DNA of 64,000 nt from Bugula neritina (Eukaryota; Animalia; Bryozoa), in assembly GCA_964035545.1 (NCBI GenBank), contig OZ037766.1, forward strand, positions 31,052,773 through 31,116,772. Reading direction: 5' to 3'. Of the stretch, positions 37,001 to 48,164 are shown piece by piece. A model generated the notes under the pieces. It was not told where the DNA came from. It saw only the letters and a program-made list of their open reading frames with translations, and did no database searches. Position numbers and translations under genes: made by a program. Within the stretch, counting starts at the first letter, position 1. Each line of letters starts with the position of its first letter.

Positions 37001-40000
37001 TTCGATCATTTTCTTATTTGATTATGGAGACGGTATAGTCAGCTTCAACTGGTAGTTTCATACATTATTTTGTTAGCCAAGAACAATTTATACAGATTCA
37101 CAGTGCATTTCAATTCAAAGCAGTTTCAAGCTGTAAGTGTATGAAACTGTGGTTTTTTTATGCAGAGTTTTTATACCCCCTAAACACACTTTGCCGTAAA
37201 GTAGACTGTAAAGTAAAATGTCAGCCATTTTTAATGTATCCGGACCGAAGTTTTCAAAGTCTGCTATTGGGTACGATATGACACCTCATTGGACATTTAT
37301 ATTCAATGAGTTGATGAGAACGTCTCATTGTTCAATAGAAGTCTGACACAATTTTTTTTAATCCATCAGTGCTTGATCCTGACGTACCGTAACTTCGTAC
37401 GGTCAGCTCGGACATTGTGAAAAATGTCTGCCATTTGACGATACCGTTGACGTTACGCAAAGTGTGTCTAGGGGGCAAGTATGTATATGTACTAAATTCC
37501 TAGCTGAGAGTATTTCTTACAGCTTTAAAACCTTGAGACCGCTCTTTCTTTTCATAGAGTATGTGACATGCTTCTACTAATATCACTGTTCGCACCTACT
37601 TTCTTCCATTTTTATAAGAGTATATACCATAATACAACCTAGAAAATAGTTCTACACAATGGCAAGCAATGTTTTTACTCTTGCGTAGGGTGTGCTGCCG
37701 ATGGTAAGATAAACGCTGGTATGTACGAAGACGAGGAAAATTGTACTAGCTACTACGTTTGCTATGATGACATAGGTCCTAGAACTAATAACTGCTTACC
37801 AGGCACTATGTACAAAAAGGAGACAGAACATGCTGGCGGATGCGTAACGTAAGTGGCTGCTCTGTTACATGTGATATATCTTTGTCGGGAAGTGCCAACC
37901 AATGAAAATATCTTGACAAGGGTCTGTTTGGTGCTGTTACAATTACTCATCTTGCACACAATGGCAGGTGTCTGCCAGGTGACAGTTACTTACCGTGTAC
38001 CCACAATGGCAGGTGTCTGCCAGGTGACAATTACTCACCATGTACCCACAATGGCAGGTGTCTGTCATGTGACAATTATTTACCATGTACCCAGAATGAC
38101 AAATGACAGTTTCTCATTCTGCAAACAGTGACAAGTGTCTGTTCATGTGACAGGCACTTGTCATTATCTGTCACTTGACGAGTGTCTGTCATGGTCATGT
38201 GACACTAGTGTAAGCACAGTGACAGGTGTCTTTCTGCTGTCATGACAGTTACTTGTGTCTATCACGTGACTTACCCACCATAAAGTCGCAAGTTAATATA
38301 TGTGTTTGGACTTATTAAAATATTTAATATTTTTACTTAACCTTCACTAATTTGTACAACAATGTGTCATTCTAGAACTTGCTGGTATCTGTTTGTTCAT
38401 GTCTCATTCCATTTGAATCTTATGACATATTAGATTTGTCTTCTCATTTTAGCTGTGATACTAAAGTTTGCCCCACATGCATCCCCCTTTCTACAGAATA
38501 TGAGGTGAGACTCACTACTAACGACAAGATAAATATGATTTCAATTTATACTCTTTTCTTTGCTCACAATATTATATACGCAGCATGTCACATGGTGTTG
38601 AACTTTACTTGTATGGTTAGATGTAATATATACTCTACAATGTCGGTAAGTTGTCTTGCTCTTCTACTCTACCTTCCATTTGTTTGTCTCCGCCCACTGT
38701 AAGCTTACTATATACTGCAGTCTATGTCTCCGCCCACTGTGAGCTCACTATATACTGCAGTCTATGTCTCCGCCCACTGTGAGCTTACTATATACTGCAG
38801 TCTATGTCTCCGCCCACTGTAAGCTTACTATATACTACAGTCTATGTCTCCGCCCACTGTGAGCTTACTATATACTGCAGTCTATGTCTCCGCCCACTGT
38901 GAGCTTACTATATACTGCAGTCTATGTCTCCGCCCACTGTGAGCTAACTATATACTGCAGTCTATGTCTCCGCCCACTGTGAGCTTACTATATACTGCAG
39001 TCTATGTCTCCGCCCACTGTAAGCTTACTATATACTGCAGTCTATGTCTCCTCCCACTGTGAGCTTACTGTATACTGCAGTCTATGTCTCCGCCCACTGT
39101 AAGCTCACTATATACTGCAGTCTATGTCTCCGCCCACTGTAAGCTTACTATATACTGCAGTCTATGTCTCCGCCCACTGTGAGCTTACTATATACTGCAG
39201 TCTATGTCTCCGCCCACTGTGAGCTCACTATATACTGCAGTCTATGTCTCCGCCCACTGTAAGCTTACTATATACTGCAGTCTATGTCTCCGCCCACTGT
39301 AAGCTCACTATATACTGCAGTCTATGTCTCCGCCCACTGTAAGCTCACTATATACTGCAGTCTATGTCTCCGCCCACTGTGAGCTTACTATATACTGCAG
39401 TCTATGTCTCCGCCCACTGTGAGCTTACTATATACTGCAGTCTATGTCTCCGCCCACTGTGAGCTAACTATATACTGCAGTCTATGTCTCCGCCCACTGT
39501 AAGCTTACTATATACTGCAGTCTATGTCTCCGCCCACTGTGAGCTTACTATATACTGCAGTTTATGTCTCCGCCCACTGTGAGCTTACTATATACTGCAG
39601 TCTATGTCTCCGCCCACTGTAAGCTCACTATATACTGCAGTCTATGTCTCCGCTCACTGTGAGCTTACTATATACTGCAGTCTATGTCTCCGCCCACTGT
39701 AAGCTTACTATATACTGCAGTCTATGTCTCCGCCCACTGTAAGCTCACTATATACTACAGTCTATGTCTCCGCCCACTGTAAGCTCACTATATACTGCAG
39801 TCTATGTCTCCGCCCACTGTGAGCTTACTATATACTGCAGTCTATGTCTCCGCCCACTGTGAGCTTACTATATACTGCAGTCTATGTCTCCGCCCACTGT
39901 AAGCTTACTATATACTGCAGTCTATGTCTCCGCCCACTGTGAGCTTACTATATACTGCAGTCTATGTCTCCGCCCACTGTAAGCTCACTATATACTGCAG

Positions 40001-43000
40001 TCTATGTCTCCGCCCACTGTGAGCTTACTATATACTGCAGTCTATGTCTCCGCCCACTGTAAGCTCACTATATACTGCAGTCTATGTCTCCGCCCACTGT
40101 AAGCTTACTATATACTACAGTCTATGTCTCCGCCCACTGTAAGCTCACTATATACTACAGTCTATGTCTCCGCCCACTGTGAGCTTACTATATACTGCAG
40201 TCTATGTCTCCGCCCACTGTGAGCTAACTATATACTGCAGTCTATGTCTCCGCCCACTGTAAGCTTACTATATACTGCAGTCTATGTCTCCGCCCACTGT
40301 AAGCTCACTATATACTGCAGTCTATGTCTCCGCCCACTGTGAGCTTACTATATACTGCAGTCTATGTCTCCGCCCACTGTGAGCTTACTATATACTGCAG
40401 TCTATGTCTCCGCCCACTGTAAGCTTACTATATACTGCAGTCTATGTCTCCGCCCACTGTAAGCTCACTATATACTGCAGTCTATGTCTCCGCCCACTGT
40501 AAGCTTACTATATACTACAGTCTATGTCTCCGCCCACTGTAAGCTCACTATATACTGCAGTCTATGTCTCCGCCCACTGTGAGCTTACTATATACTGCAG
40601 TTTATGTCTCCGCCCACTGTGAGCTCACTATATACTGCAGTCTATGTCTCCGCCCACTGTAAGCTCACTATATACTGCAGTCTATGTCTCCGCCCACTGT
40701 GAGCTCACTATATACTGCAGTCTATGTCTCCGCCCACTGTAAGCTTACTATATACTGCAGTCTATGTCTCCGCCCACTGTAAGCTTACTGTATACTGCAG
40801 TCTATGTCTCCGCCCACTGTAAGCTCACTATATACTACAGTCTATGTCTCCGCCCACTGTGAGCTTACTATATACTGCAGTCTATGTCTCCTCCCACTGT
40901 GAGCTTACTATATACTGCAGTCTATGTCTCCGCCCACTGTAAGCTCACTATATACTGCAGTCTATGTCTCCGCCCACTGTGAGCTTACTATACACTGTAG
41001 TCTATGTCTCCGCCCACTGTGTTCTGATCCATTCTGGAATGTTACTTGCCTGTGGCGCGTAGTGCTGAGGTATTCTCTGCATCGTGAAGGTGTTATCTGC
41101 AATACAATTACTGCAGATAGTTGTTACAGGTGCTATAGCTTGCAGGTGTGCTAGGTAGTATATTATGTAGTGTATGCTAGGTAGTATATGATGTAGTGTA
41201 TGCTAGGTAGTATATTATATAATGCTGCTAGGTAATATATTATATAATTTACATCAGCCTCATTGTCAAACTGGTTGGCAAGGGTTACTACAGCGATAGT
41301 GGCTATCTGTAGAAAATTATATTATGCAGTATTTAGCAACTGTGTAGTGTGCAGCTACGTAGTTTATACAGGTGCTACACGCTATCTGTTGCTATTCACT
41401 CAATTACTACTGTATCTTCACACAGTCAACATTCTCAGCATGAATATGTGTTCTGGAGTTGCCTTCTTCCTGCTGTGGAAAAATAAGAAAACGGTTTTCT
41501 AAGATTTGTGGCAATTTTTCTGTAATTACTTTTTATTAGTGATGGAGATGCATACATGCATTATAATAATGTGTTTGGAGGACTTAGTGTTTATTTAGTG
41601 TGTAGATCAAACCTCAAATTCGGTACAAAATTACGCTCCAACAGCTTTTCTAGATTGTTTGTGATTGGGTGAATCATCAGTCTATATGGCGCTCAAGGCT
41701 TATTGATTTACTCGTATAATCAATAATATCTTGTTGGTGGTTTAACTCTGACTAATGGCTCCTTTGGCTCAACTACCAACTCAATTTAGAATGGGTTCCT
41801 GAAATATATTTAAAGCAACTGGAAACCAAAGCAACATTCTTAGGTTCTTCAGTGCACAGGCTTGAAAATTAGTTTTTGAAAAATGTAGGCTAACCAACTT
41901 CAGTTTTATCAGTCATCAGTGTTTACCTTTCCTGACATTAGCAATTATTATCTCTGAGAGAAGACAACTTCATTATAGTTGTGCTCCCAGCTGTATGCAT
42001 AATATACTTATAATAATGAGTTTGGAAGTGTAGTGGCTGTGTTGATAAATAATGTCATCATATGTTACTATAGTGACCAGTAAACAAGGTGTATCCAGGT
42101 AATGCCGTGCTCACTAATACTGCAATGCTTTCACCACATTGTGTGATAGATGTGAGATTTTTCTGCATTATCTAATCCTTGCAATATCCTAATATATACT
42201 TGATGTGTAACTGTGTAACTACGTGAATCCAGTGCCGTATAATTTCACTTCTAACTAGTTCTGCTAGGCAGCTGCCACTCCTAACACATATTATTTGCTG
42301 CCTGAATTCTTCACCGCATCTTACACTCTGCACTTTATTTAAATTTCCTATTCCGTTACTTTACACTTCTGTATCAATAGACTGGTGTCACCACAGACAG
42401 GTTTTTTGTGAATTAAACAGGCTTTCTTTACGTTTTTATCTAAATAACTTGAATTTTCCTAACTAAGACAGAATTCAATAAGTTGTTGTGAAACTCAATC
42501 AAATTATGAGTTGTTGTTGAATCTAGTTTTGTAGTTTTACAAGTTGTTGGCAAAATTTGGGAGTTGTCTTGTGTTGAAATAAAATTATTATACATTGTAA
42601 ATTGAAATACTATAAATGATTAATACAACTGAAAGCATAATTTCTTAATTTTTTGAAAACTGTAATCTCACTGGAATGACAACTCCAATATTAATTGTAC
42701 TGTGATGTTATTTTACTGTTAAACATAAGAATGTAGTTTTTATCTGTGTGCTCTTCACCAAATGTGACACATCATGTGTTTTCATTGTAGATTTGCGCTA
42801 CAAGTTACTTTTTATGTTTGTGTTTCCTCCTATCTGTGTGTACCTGAAATAGTTTTTTATTTCTGAGTATGTGACTGTGCTTTAGTTATTCAGTTTGGTG
42901 CTACTTTTCACTTGGTTACTGCACGCTTACTTTGCACTATGCTGCCTGCGTCTGTATGCTCTTCTTTGATTAAATCATTTAATGTAACAATTTGCAGAGT

Positions 43001-44225
43001 ACTTTCACTGTATTGACTCATTTGATGATTCATACTTGCAGACGTTGCCAACTGACAATCCTCACATTAACCAGCCGACTGCCACCACCTCCCCTTTATA
43101 TAATATAAATACAAACGAGTCACTCTCAAACTGTTCCGCAACTACAATACATAATCAAACAGTCAATCAGTCAGTCGATGAGTCCCCAGATAATAATCAG
43201 TCTACAAGCTCTATTCTAGTCAACAACACTTTGTCTGTCCCTCCTAATGTTGACACAACGCCTTCCGATGAAGCTCCTAGCACTACTACTGCATACCCAC
43301 GCCTGTCTACTGTTCACACTACGCTTGCTAGGAATGCTACCGCGCACTCGCAATTATCTACATCCAATAGAAGTGCTATTGCCTATACACGTACATCTTC
43401 AGCTAACAGTACAACCTCTAAGAGTGGTATGGTAGACACACAGTTGACAACTTCCGCTGAAGCTGCGAGTGTTACTGGTAAGTAGTAATCTTATCTTATT
43501 GTTTTGAGGGAACAACTCGAAAAAGACATCAAGTCTCAGTTTCACCAGCTTAACGGATGTGTCTTCTATGTTGTATTGTACTTAGATTTATAGCTTATAT
43601 TCATGGGTTTCCTATTGTAGAACGTTCTAGAGGTTCTACAGATGCCTCTGCTAGTACAATCAGAAGTTTCTCCACCACCAGAATGTCTAGTCACGGGATG
43701 TTAAAGTTAACTACAAATTACATGAGCTCTAGTGTACCTACCACTACCAGTAGCAGTACTACTACCAGTAGCAGTACCACTACCACTACTACTGCACCTA
43801 CTACTAGTACTACTGCACCTACTACTACTACTACGACTACTGTACCTACTACTAGTAGTAGTAGTACTACTAGTAGTACTACTACTACAACTACTGTACC
43901 TACTACTAGTACTGCTTTACCTACTACAACTACTACCACCACCACCACTACTACTCCAGTCACTGTATTAAGAACCAATACAGTGTACACTGTCGTACCA
44001 ACAGTTGAAACTACTGACTCAGAATTAGCCCTGGACTCTATCTGTGGTGATCTAGTGGACAGCATCATAGCCCACCCTCAACACTGCGATAAGTTTGTCT
44101 TCTGCTCAGCTAACTTCACCAACGTACTCACTGATTGTCCTTGCGGCAACATGTTTATAGAAGGCGAGAAAGAGTGTCTCCCTTGTGATCGCACAGTTTG
44201 TGTGTCATGTGACCTAACTTGCTAA
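16058..44225 (+). CDS. Type II transmembrane SEA-domain mucin-like protein with chitin-binding type-2 (CBM14/peritrophin-A) domains; longest isoform C about 1379 aa
   Basis: Common exons 16058-16087, 19534-19661, 20133-20254, 20323-20469, 21237-21407, 22103-22645, 23086-23163, 23445-23669 (RRRRRNKK + TM ICVAVVILTLLGVVAGLAVLLSQVLV), 24187-24258, 25091-25200 and 25290-25363 (SEA N-half TFDGSMRVLN..L.NLSS....LA..FC..CSVTKF). Isoform C continues 30009-30154, 34956-35240, 35931-36686, 37689-37848, 38453-38504, 43042-43477, 43621-44225. All phases are consistent. Thr-rich stalks; CBM14-like C..CTSYYVC..C.PGTMY..C and C..HPQHCDKFVFC..CPCGNMF..C. The first exon is the least certain. Confidence 0.8.
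19231..19370. repeat. Palindromic element (probable small MITE/hairpin)
   Basis: Perfect 20-bp arms TGCAGCAGTTTGTGGGTCTC (19259-19278) and GAGACCCACAAACTGCTGCA (19317-19336), plus outer arms TTCTATAAGCAG / CTGCTTATAGAA. Confidence 0.7.
20457..20643 (+). repeat. 33-bp tandem repeat (about 5.5 copies) duplicating an exon end and splice donor
   Basis: Unit CATGCATGTAG|GTGAGTATAATATGTGTCAACA; GTGAGT at 20470, 20503, 20536, 20569, 20602 and 20635. Confidence 0.9.
20761..21236 (+). repeat. 20-bp minisatellite (about 24 copies), intronic, ending at a splice acceptor
   Basis: Unit ATGCTGA(C/T)ACCTGGTATC(TT/AT/AC); the last unit reads ATGCTGATACCTGCAG|exon. Confidence 0.95.
23168..23411 (+). repeat. 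Imperfect (AGT)n microsatellite filling most of an intron
   Basis: AGT/AGC/ACT/GGT triplets run from the GTGAGT donor at 23164. Confidence 0.9.
25470..25506 (+). promoter_or_regulatory. Putative intronic docking sequence for mutually exclusive splicing
   Basis: GCTATGCTAGGTTGGTGGGAGCTTTGGTTACTAGTAT, about 107 nt after the shared donor; reverse-complementary to 29902-29935 and 27639-27650. Confidence 0.6.
26125..27160 (+). CDS. Alternative terminal exon 12A of the SEA gene (SEA C-half + Ser/Pro/Thr-rich mucin tail); isoform about 911 aa
   Basis: Acceptor ttttttag|A AAT GGC AGT GTG ATA = NGSVIIKF, phase 2, matching the donor at 25363. Open to the stop at 27160; AATAAA at 27400. Confidence 0.8.
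27639..27650 (+). promoter_or_regulatory. Putative selector sequence for exon 12B
   Basis: AAGCTCCCATTA pairs 12/12 (two G-U) with the docking core TGGTGGGAGCTT (25482-25493); 33 nt upstream of the 12B acceptor. Confidence 0.5.
27684..28887 (+). CDS. Alternative terminal exon 12B of the SEA gene (SEA C-half + Thr-rich stalk + Cys-rich end); isoform about 967 aa
   Basis: Acceptor ttttgtag|G GAG GGC AGT ATT GTC = EGSIVIDF, phase 2. Open to the stop at 28887. Confidence 0.8.
29902..29935 (+). promoter_or_regulatory. Putative selector sequence for exon 12C
   Basis: ATATTGGCATACCAAGCTCCCAACCTAGCTTAGC pairs over about 30 bp, with small bulges, with 25470-25506; about 73 nt upstream of the 12C acceptor. 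Confidence 0.6.
30009..30154 (+). CDS. Alternative internal exon 12C of the SEA gene, leading to the chitin-binding isoform
   Basis: Acceptor catgtag|A AAT GGC AGC ATC GTG = NGSIVIEF, phase 2. Ends TTT G|gtaagt in phase 1, compatible with the exon at 34956. Confidence 0.8.
30454..30874. mobile_element. 421-bp MITE nested in the left arm of the larger transposon
   Basis: TIRs of about 28 bp: GGGTCATTTTACTTAATTTAGTACACAC / GTGTGTACTAAATGAAGTAAACTGACCC. 4-bp TSD ATAA (30450-30453, 30875-30878). The right arm shows the empty site with a single ATAA. Confidence 0.85.
31605..33660 (-). pseudogene. Disrupted THAP/HTH_Tnp_4/DDE_Tnp_4 transposase
   Basis: Fragments: KDGQPTEQNPTPIFHLGY (THAP-like end, ~33600-33660); TKFYTGIP (~33260); DKLLLALMKLRQGL..LAGLF (HTH, 32159-32371). 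After a frameshift at ~32160: IRCIIDYTEIFI..TWSKYK..NTIKYLVAITPRG..GGRASD..VMADRGF..IANLRIHVERAIKRIK. Confidence 0.85.
37176..37475. mobile_element. MITE of about 300 bp with imperfect TIRs
   Basis: CCCCCTAAACACACTTTGCCGTAA... / ...TTACGCAAAGTGTGTCTAGGGGG; inverted similarity over about 55 bp; TSD not clearly resolved. Confidence 0.65.
37958..38092 (+). repeat. 45-bp tandem repeat, 3 copies, followed by degenerate GTGACA-rich copies
   Basis: Unit ACAATGGCAGGTGTCTGCCAGGTGACAGTTACTTACCGTGTACCC. Confidence 0.8.
38681..41020 (+). repeat. 40-bp minisatellite array, about 58 copies, intronic
   Basis: Unit TCTATGTCTCCGCCCACTGT(G/A)AGCT(T/C/A)ACTATATACTGCAG, head-to-tail with no unique spacers. Confidence 0.97.
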
Positions 44226-47200
44226 CTGCTCTCTTTTATGGGAGTCAATAAAACTATTACAGGGTGCGTAACATTTTATATGGGGCTTCTTGGATTATTG
44301 TGCAAATATTTATTATATGGGCTGTCTGTAGCTGCTCTAGTCATTATTATTCCTGTATATATTTGTGACTTGTCTTAGCCATGTGTTGAGACGTTTATAT
44401 TTTTGCTATGATAATCATTGTAGTATTGAACTTGCTGAAACTTCAGTGAAATATTATTTTAATCTTATTTTATAATGAGACAATCTTGCCATAATATCTG
44501 TTTTACTAGATAGATTTTCTTTACTTAAAGCAAAGGAGTCTTACTACCATATAAATACACTTGATGCATTTTTACTTTTATATAATAAAAATAACTTGGA
44601 AATTGAAGATTGTGTTGCTGTATTACACACTATAGGAATTTTGCAAGTTTCCTCTTGCTGTATAAATATTCCAGATAGCTATTTTCAAAGAGGACATAAC
44701 TCTGTGTTCAAAAATTTCAAGTTCTTATTTCTGTGTGTGGAATCGCGTCCTCCCAGGTCCGGCTACATCCAGTATTAGCTGTGAGTATATCTTAGTACAA
44801 AAATCATCATTTTCAATACGGAGTCAATATAAAGCTATCAAGCGAATTGGTTTACAGAAGTTTTAGAGGCAACGATGTATTTGTTAGGATAATTATTACT
44901 ATAGCTTGAACTGGTAACCTGGAGTTGTATAAAACTGCAATAATTAGATTTGATCATGGAAAAAGTGAATGAGACTTCAGTAGGCACAGTCATATCCTGT
45001 TTCCTTTTAGCTTGAAGAATATACTGCACCTCACCTCGTCTCCATATTTACCAGACCCAGGCATACAGGGAACTTCTTTAAAATTATTATTAGACAATTT
45101 ACTATAGCTTAAGGCTATTAACTGATCATTATTGATTATTGATTATTACAATGAAAGACTTGTGATGTAATGAGCAGGCAGGTTCATAGGTAAATCATTA
45201 TCATATGCAGTGAATAAGAAGATTAAATGTACTCATGGTAGAGCATATAAATTATAGACCATGATCAGTTTTGGCGCATATAGAAATATGTTTATGTGTG
45301 AAATTTTATTCTTCAAACTTCATAAAAAAACGTTAGAGAAAATATTGTCAACATGCTAGATACAGAGAGTACTTAGAACTTGCAGTATATTACAAGGGGT
45401 TACAGCTGACTAAGAACCAGAGCTTAGAGTTTAGCTAATTGCAAATCTTGTACTGGTGTTGTAGTTTAAAGCAACTTTAACAATTATTGAATTGTTTCAA
45501 AACAATAGCTCCAAAGTCCAAACCAGTATTCCCGTATAGAAAAACTTAACTGCAAATTCGGTAAATATAGTATAGGCTATATGTAAATGAGAAGGAATTG
45601 TGTCACTGCTTCGAAAATACGGATTTTTGGGGAAATTAAATTTAAGGTAAAAATAAGAATTAAGCAAGAAAGACTTAAAGTTTACTTTAAGCAGGGCAAT
45701 GTGTCAACATTGTAACAGCTTTCCTGCTTGTATTCACACGGTGATGGTTTTATTTACTTAAAATAATTGATACATTACGGAACAATGGTGAGTATTGAAA
45801 TAGAGGCACATGAGAAAGCTTTGAAGCACATGACGCAGTGTGTCATATGCCTTGTATACAATAGGATTATAGATTTTATTCAGTGACATCTGTGTAACTC
45901 CACGGCCATATTATTGATGACTTACAGTATAGGAGGCAGCAATCTCGTTACTCTATGCTTTTATGAAACGTTGGATGCACGTTTGTCATTTAACGCATTT
46001 CTGTTGAAACTCCTTATAGCCAAGCTGGACTGCAGCTAAAGTAGAATTCTCTCTACAATACAGAAAGGTTAGTAGAACTTTTAACCATGCAAATACTAAT
46101 TGATATATGTTTTGCTATGAAGATTCATACTATAGTGCAACAAATGTTATAGCATTATATATTCATTACATTAAAACCTTGTTATTATAAATAAAGTAAA
46201 TTATCTTCTAAAAAGACAGTTAACTTTATCTAGAGGAGAATTAAGTCAGTAAAAATTACAATTTGAATGAAATACATTCAATTATTTCACAGATATTTTG
46301 ACACAGTCTTGCACATGGAAAATTTTAACTTGAATGTATAAATGTTGATCTACTATGAAGTCGGTGCTCTGCTTAAACTTTAGTAAAATAATAAGCTACC
46401 TAGGTGATTAATTACGGAAACTCCTGAACAGAGAGTTAATCGGCATATATTACCATGTTTGCTAATAGCTTGTGGCAGCTTGTTATCCTAATTGTATATA
46501 ATATTATTTTATATAATATATGATTTTATATTAATAATATGTTATAATATAGTCTTAGAATGTAATACTATATTCTAAAATACCTTGTGATAAGACATAT
46601 CCAGTGCCAACAAATATCTTTATTAGGTTTTTCAAGAAAAATCATGAATTTTATTATGACGCACGATATATTTATAATTTAAAATGTGTTTGCACAATAT
46701 TGTATATTAGCAAGATTATATTACAATAAAACACATGACAACCATGTTTTTAAGATATTCAGGTTAGAGAAATACATGTTGCTTATATATTCAAAATACA
46801 GAATTCCTTCCAGAAAGGGGGTGGGGTTTAAAAAGAAATATTATACTAAAGGTGAGAGACTAAAATGTATTCAACAAAAAAGTTAAGCTAGTTGAATGAA
46901 TAATATATTTTGGAGACAAGGGCAAGAAGGAAATTGATAAGCAGCCCTTTAAGCTATATCATTATCATAATTATGAAATAGGGTACACCAACAAAATTCT
47001 TATTAAAAATATTTCGTTTTATCTTGGCAAAACGAAACTTTCCATACAACATTAATATCTCTTTTTTATGATAGAAGCAGTTTTTCAGATGCTATCAACT
47101 AACAAATATAAATTAACAACTAACAACAAGTAATTAGAAATTAACCACTAAAGCAATTAACAACTATAACAGTTAAAAATTAACAACAAGAAATTATCAA

Positions 47201-47951
47201 AGAGCTAAATTTTCAATTTACCCTCTTATAAATGACTGAATGTAATAAAATCTACTGCATATTTGATAATTTATCCGCAAATAACGGCTATCAGCAGTAT
47301 ACTTTATGCTGAACAGAAAAAGATGGATCGTGCCAGTTGATTCAAACAGTTATAATATTGGTTGATTCAAATCAGGCTTCTCTTTACAATATTACTTTGT
47401 ATGTTTTGAAACATTGGAAATGAGTGAGTGTTTGTAAAAACAAAGAATACTGTAACAATAGGGGTAAGAGAAAAGGAGTTTATTAGTGTTGTCTACGCTT
47501 TACAGGTTCAAGTGAATAGATATTTACTATTATTGTTTTGATTACTGGGTTATATATATATTTGCTGATTTACTTTAGTGAAGGTAAGAAAACATACAGT
47601 AAGCTATTGCCTGGGGTTAACTTTTAATCTATAGCTTTAAAAAGTCTAGAGAAAACAGCATCGAAATGCGTGAAAAGAATAATAGATGTTTTATGCTGCA
47701 TTTCCTTTCATTATGTACCTATTATCTGAAAGACTGGGTTAAAACAAAAAGCAAGTTTAAGTTTTAGTAGCAGAAATGTCTGCGTAAGTAATGCAGGTCA
47801 TTTTAGTCTAGCTACACTGCAAATCTGTGTTATGAGGATTTTATTATTCTAGTGAAACTATCAAAATCAACCATGTACCACTTTACATTCCACTATAAAT
47901 CCCTAATGATATATGCCTATGTCATATTGCATTGCACTCAAAAATTGTACT

Positions 47952-48164
47952 CACTCACGCAAGTTTATAGTTACTATCCCTGTGAGAGAAACCCCTGATA
48001 GAAAGGGTTTTTGTTAACGCAGGCTAAGGACTTGTTTAGATGTGGCACAGGAGCAATTATGACTGGATGCTCTTCCTAACATCACCAATGGCCTTTGTCA
48101 GGGCTCGAACCCATGTGACCTCGTGTTTACTAGGCAAACGCTCTAACCCCTAGACCACGGCTGC
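47952..48164 (-). mobile_element. tRNA-derived SINE, apparently full length
   Basis: Minus strand: A-box-like TGGTCTAGGGG, B-box GGTTCGAGCCC, body GATGTTAGGAAGAGCATCCAGTC and a GTGA-repeat tail. Flanked by a near-perfect direct repeat TGCACTCAAAA(A/G)TTGTACT (47933-47951, 48162-48180). A second copy lies at 54819. Confidence 0.8.

Noticed and set aside
38681-41020. CRISPR-like appearance of the 40-bp array
   Set aside because: No unique spacers, no cas genes, and it lies in a eukaryotic intron; it is a plain minisatellite.
27804-44068. Val-rich antisense and Leu-rich off-frame ORFs (27804-28457, 36124-36639, 36156-36614, 43718-44068, 43732-43971)
   Set aside because: Shadows of ACT/ACC/ACA Thr-codon runs in the mucin exons.
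48080-48164. Possible tRNA gene
   Set aside because: A/B boxes are present but there is no closed acceptor stem; it continues into a SINE body with a TSD and a second dispersed copy.
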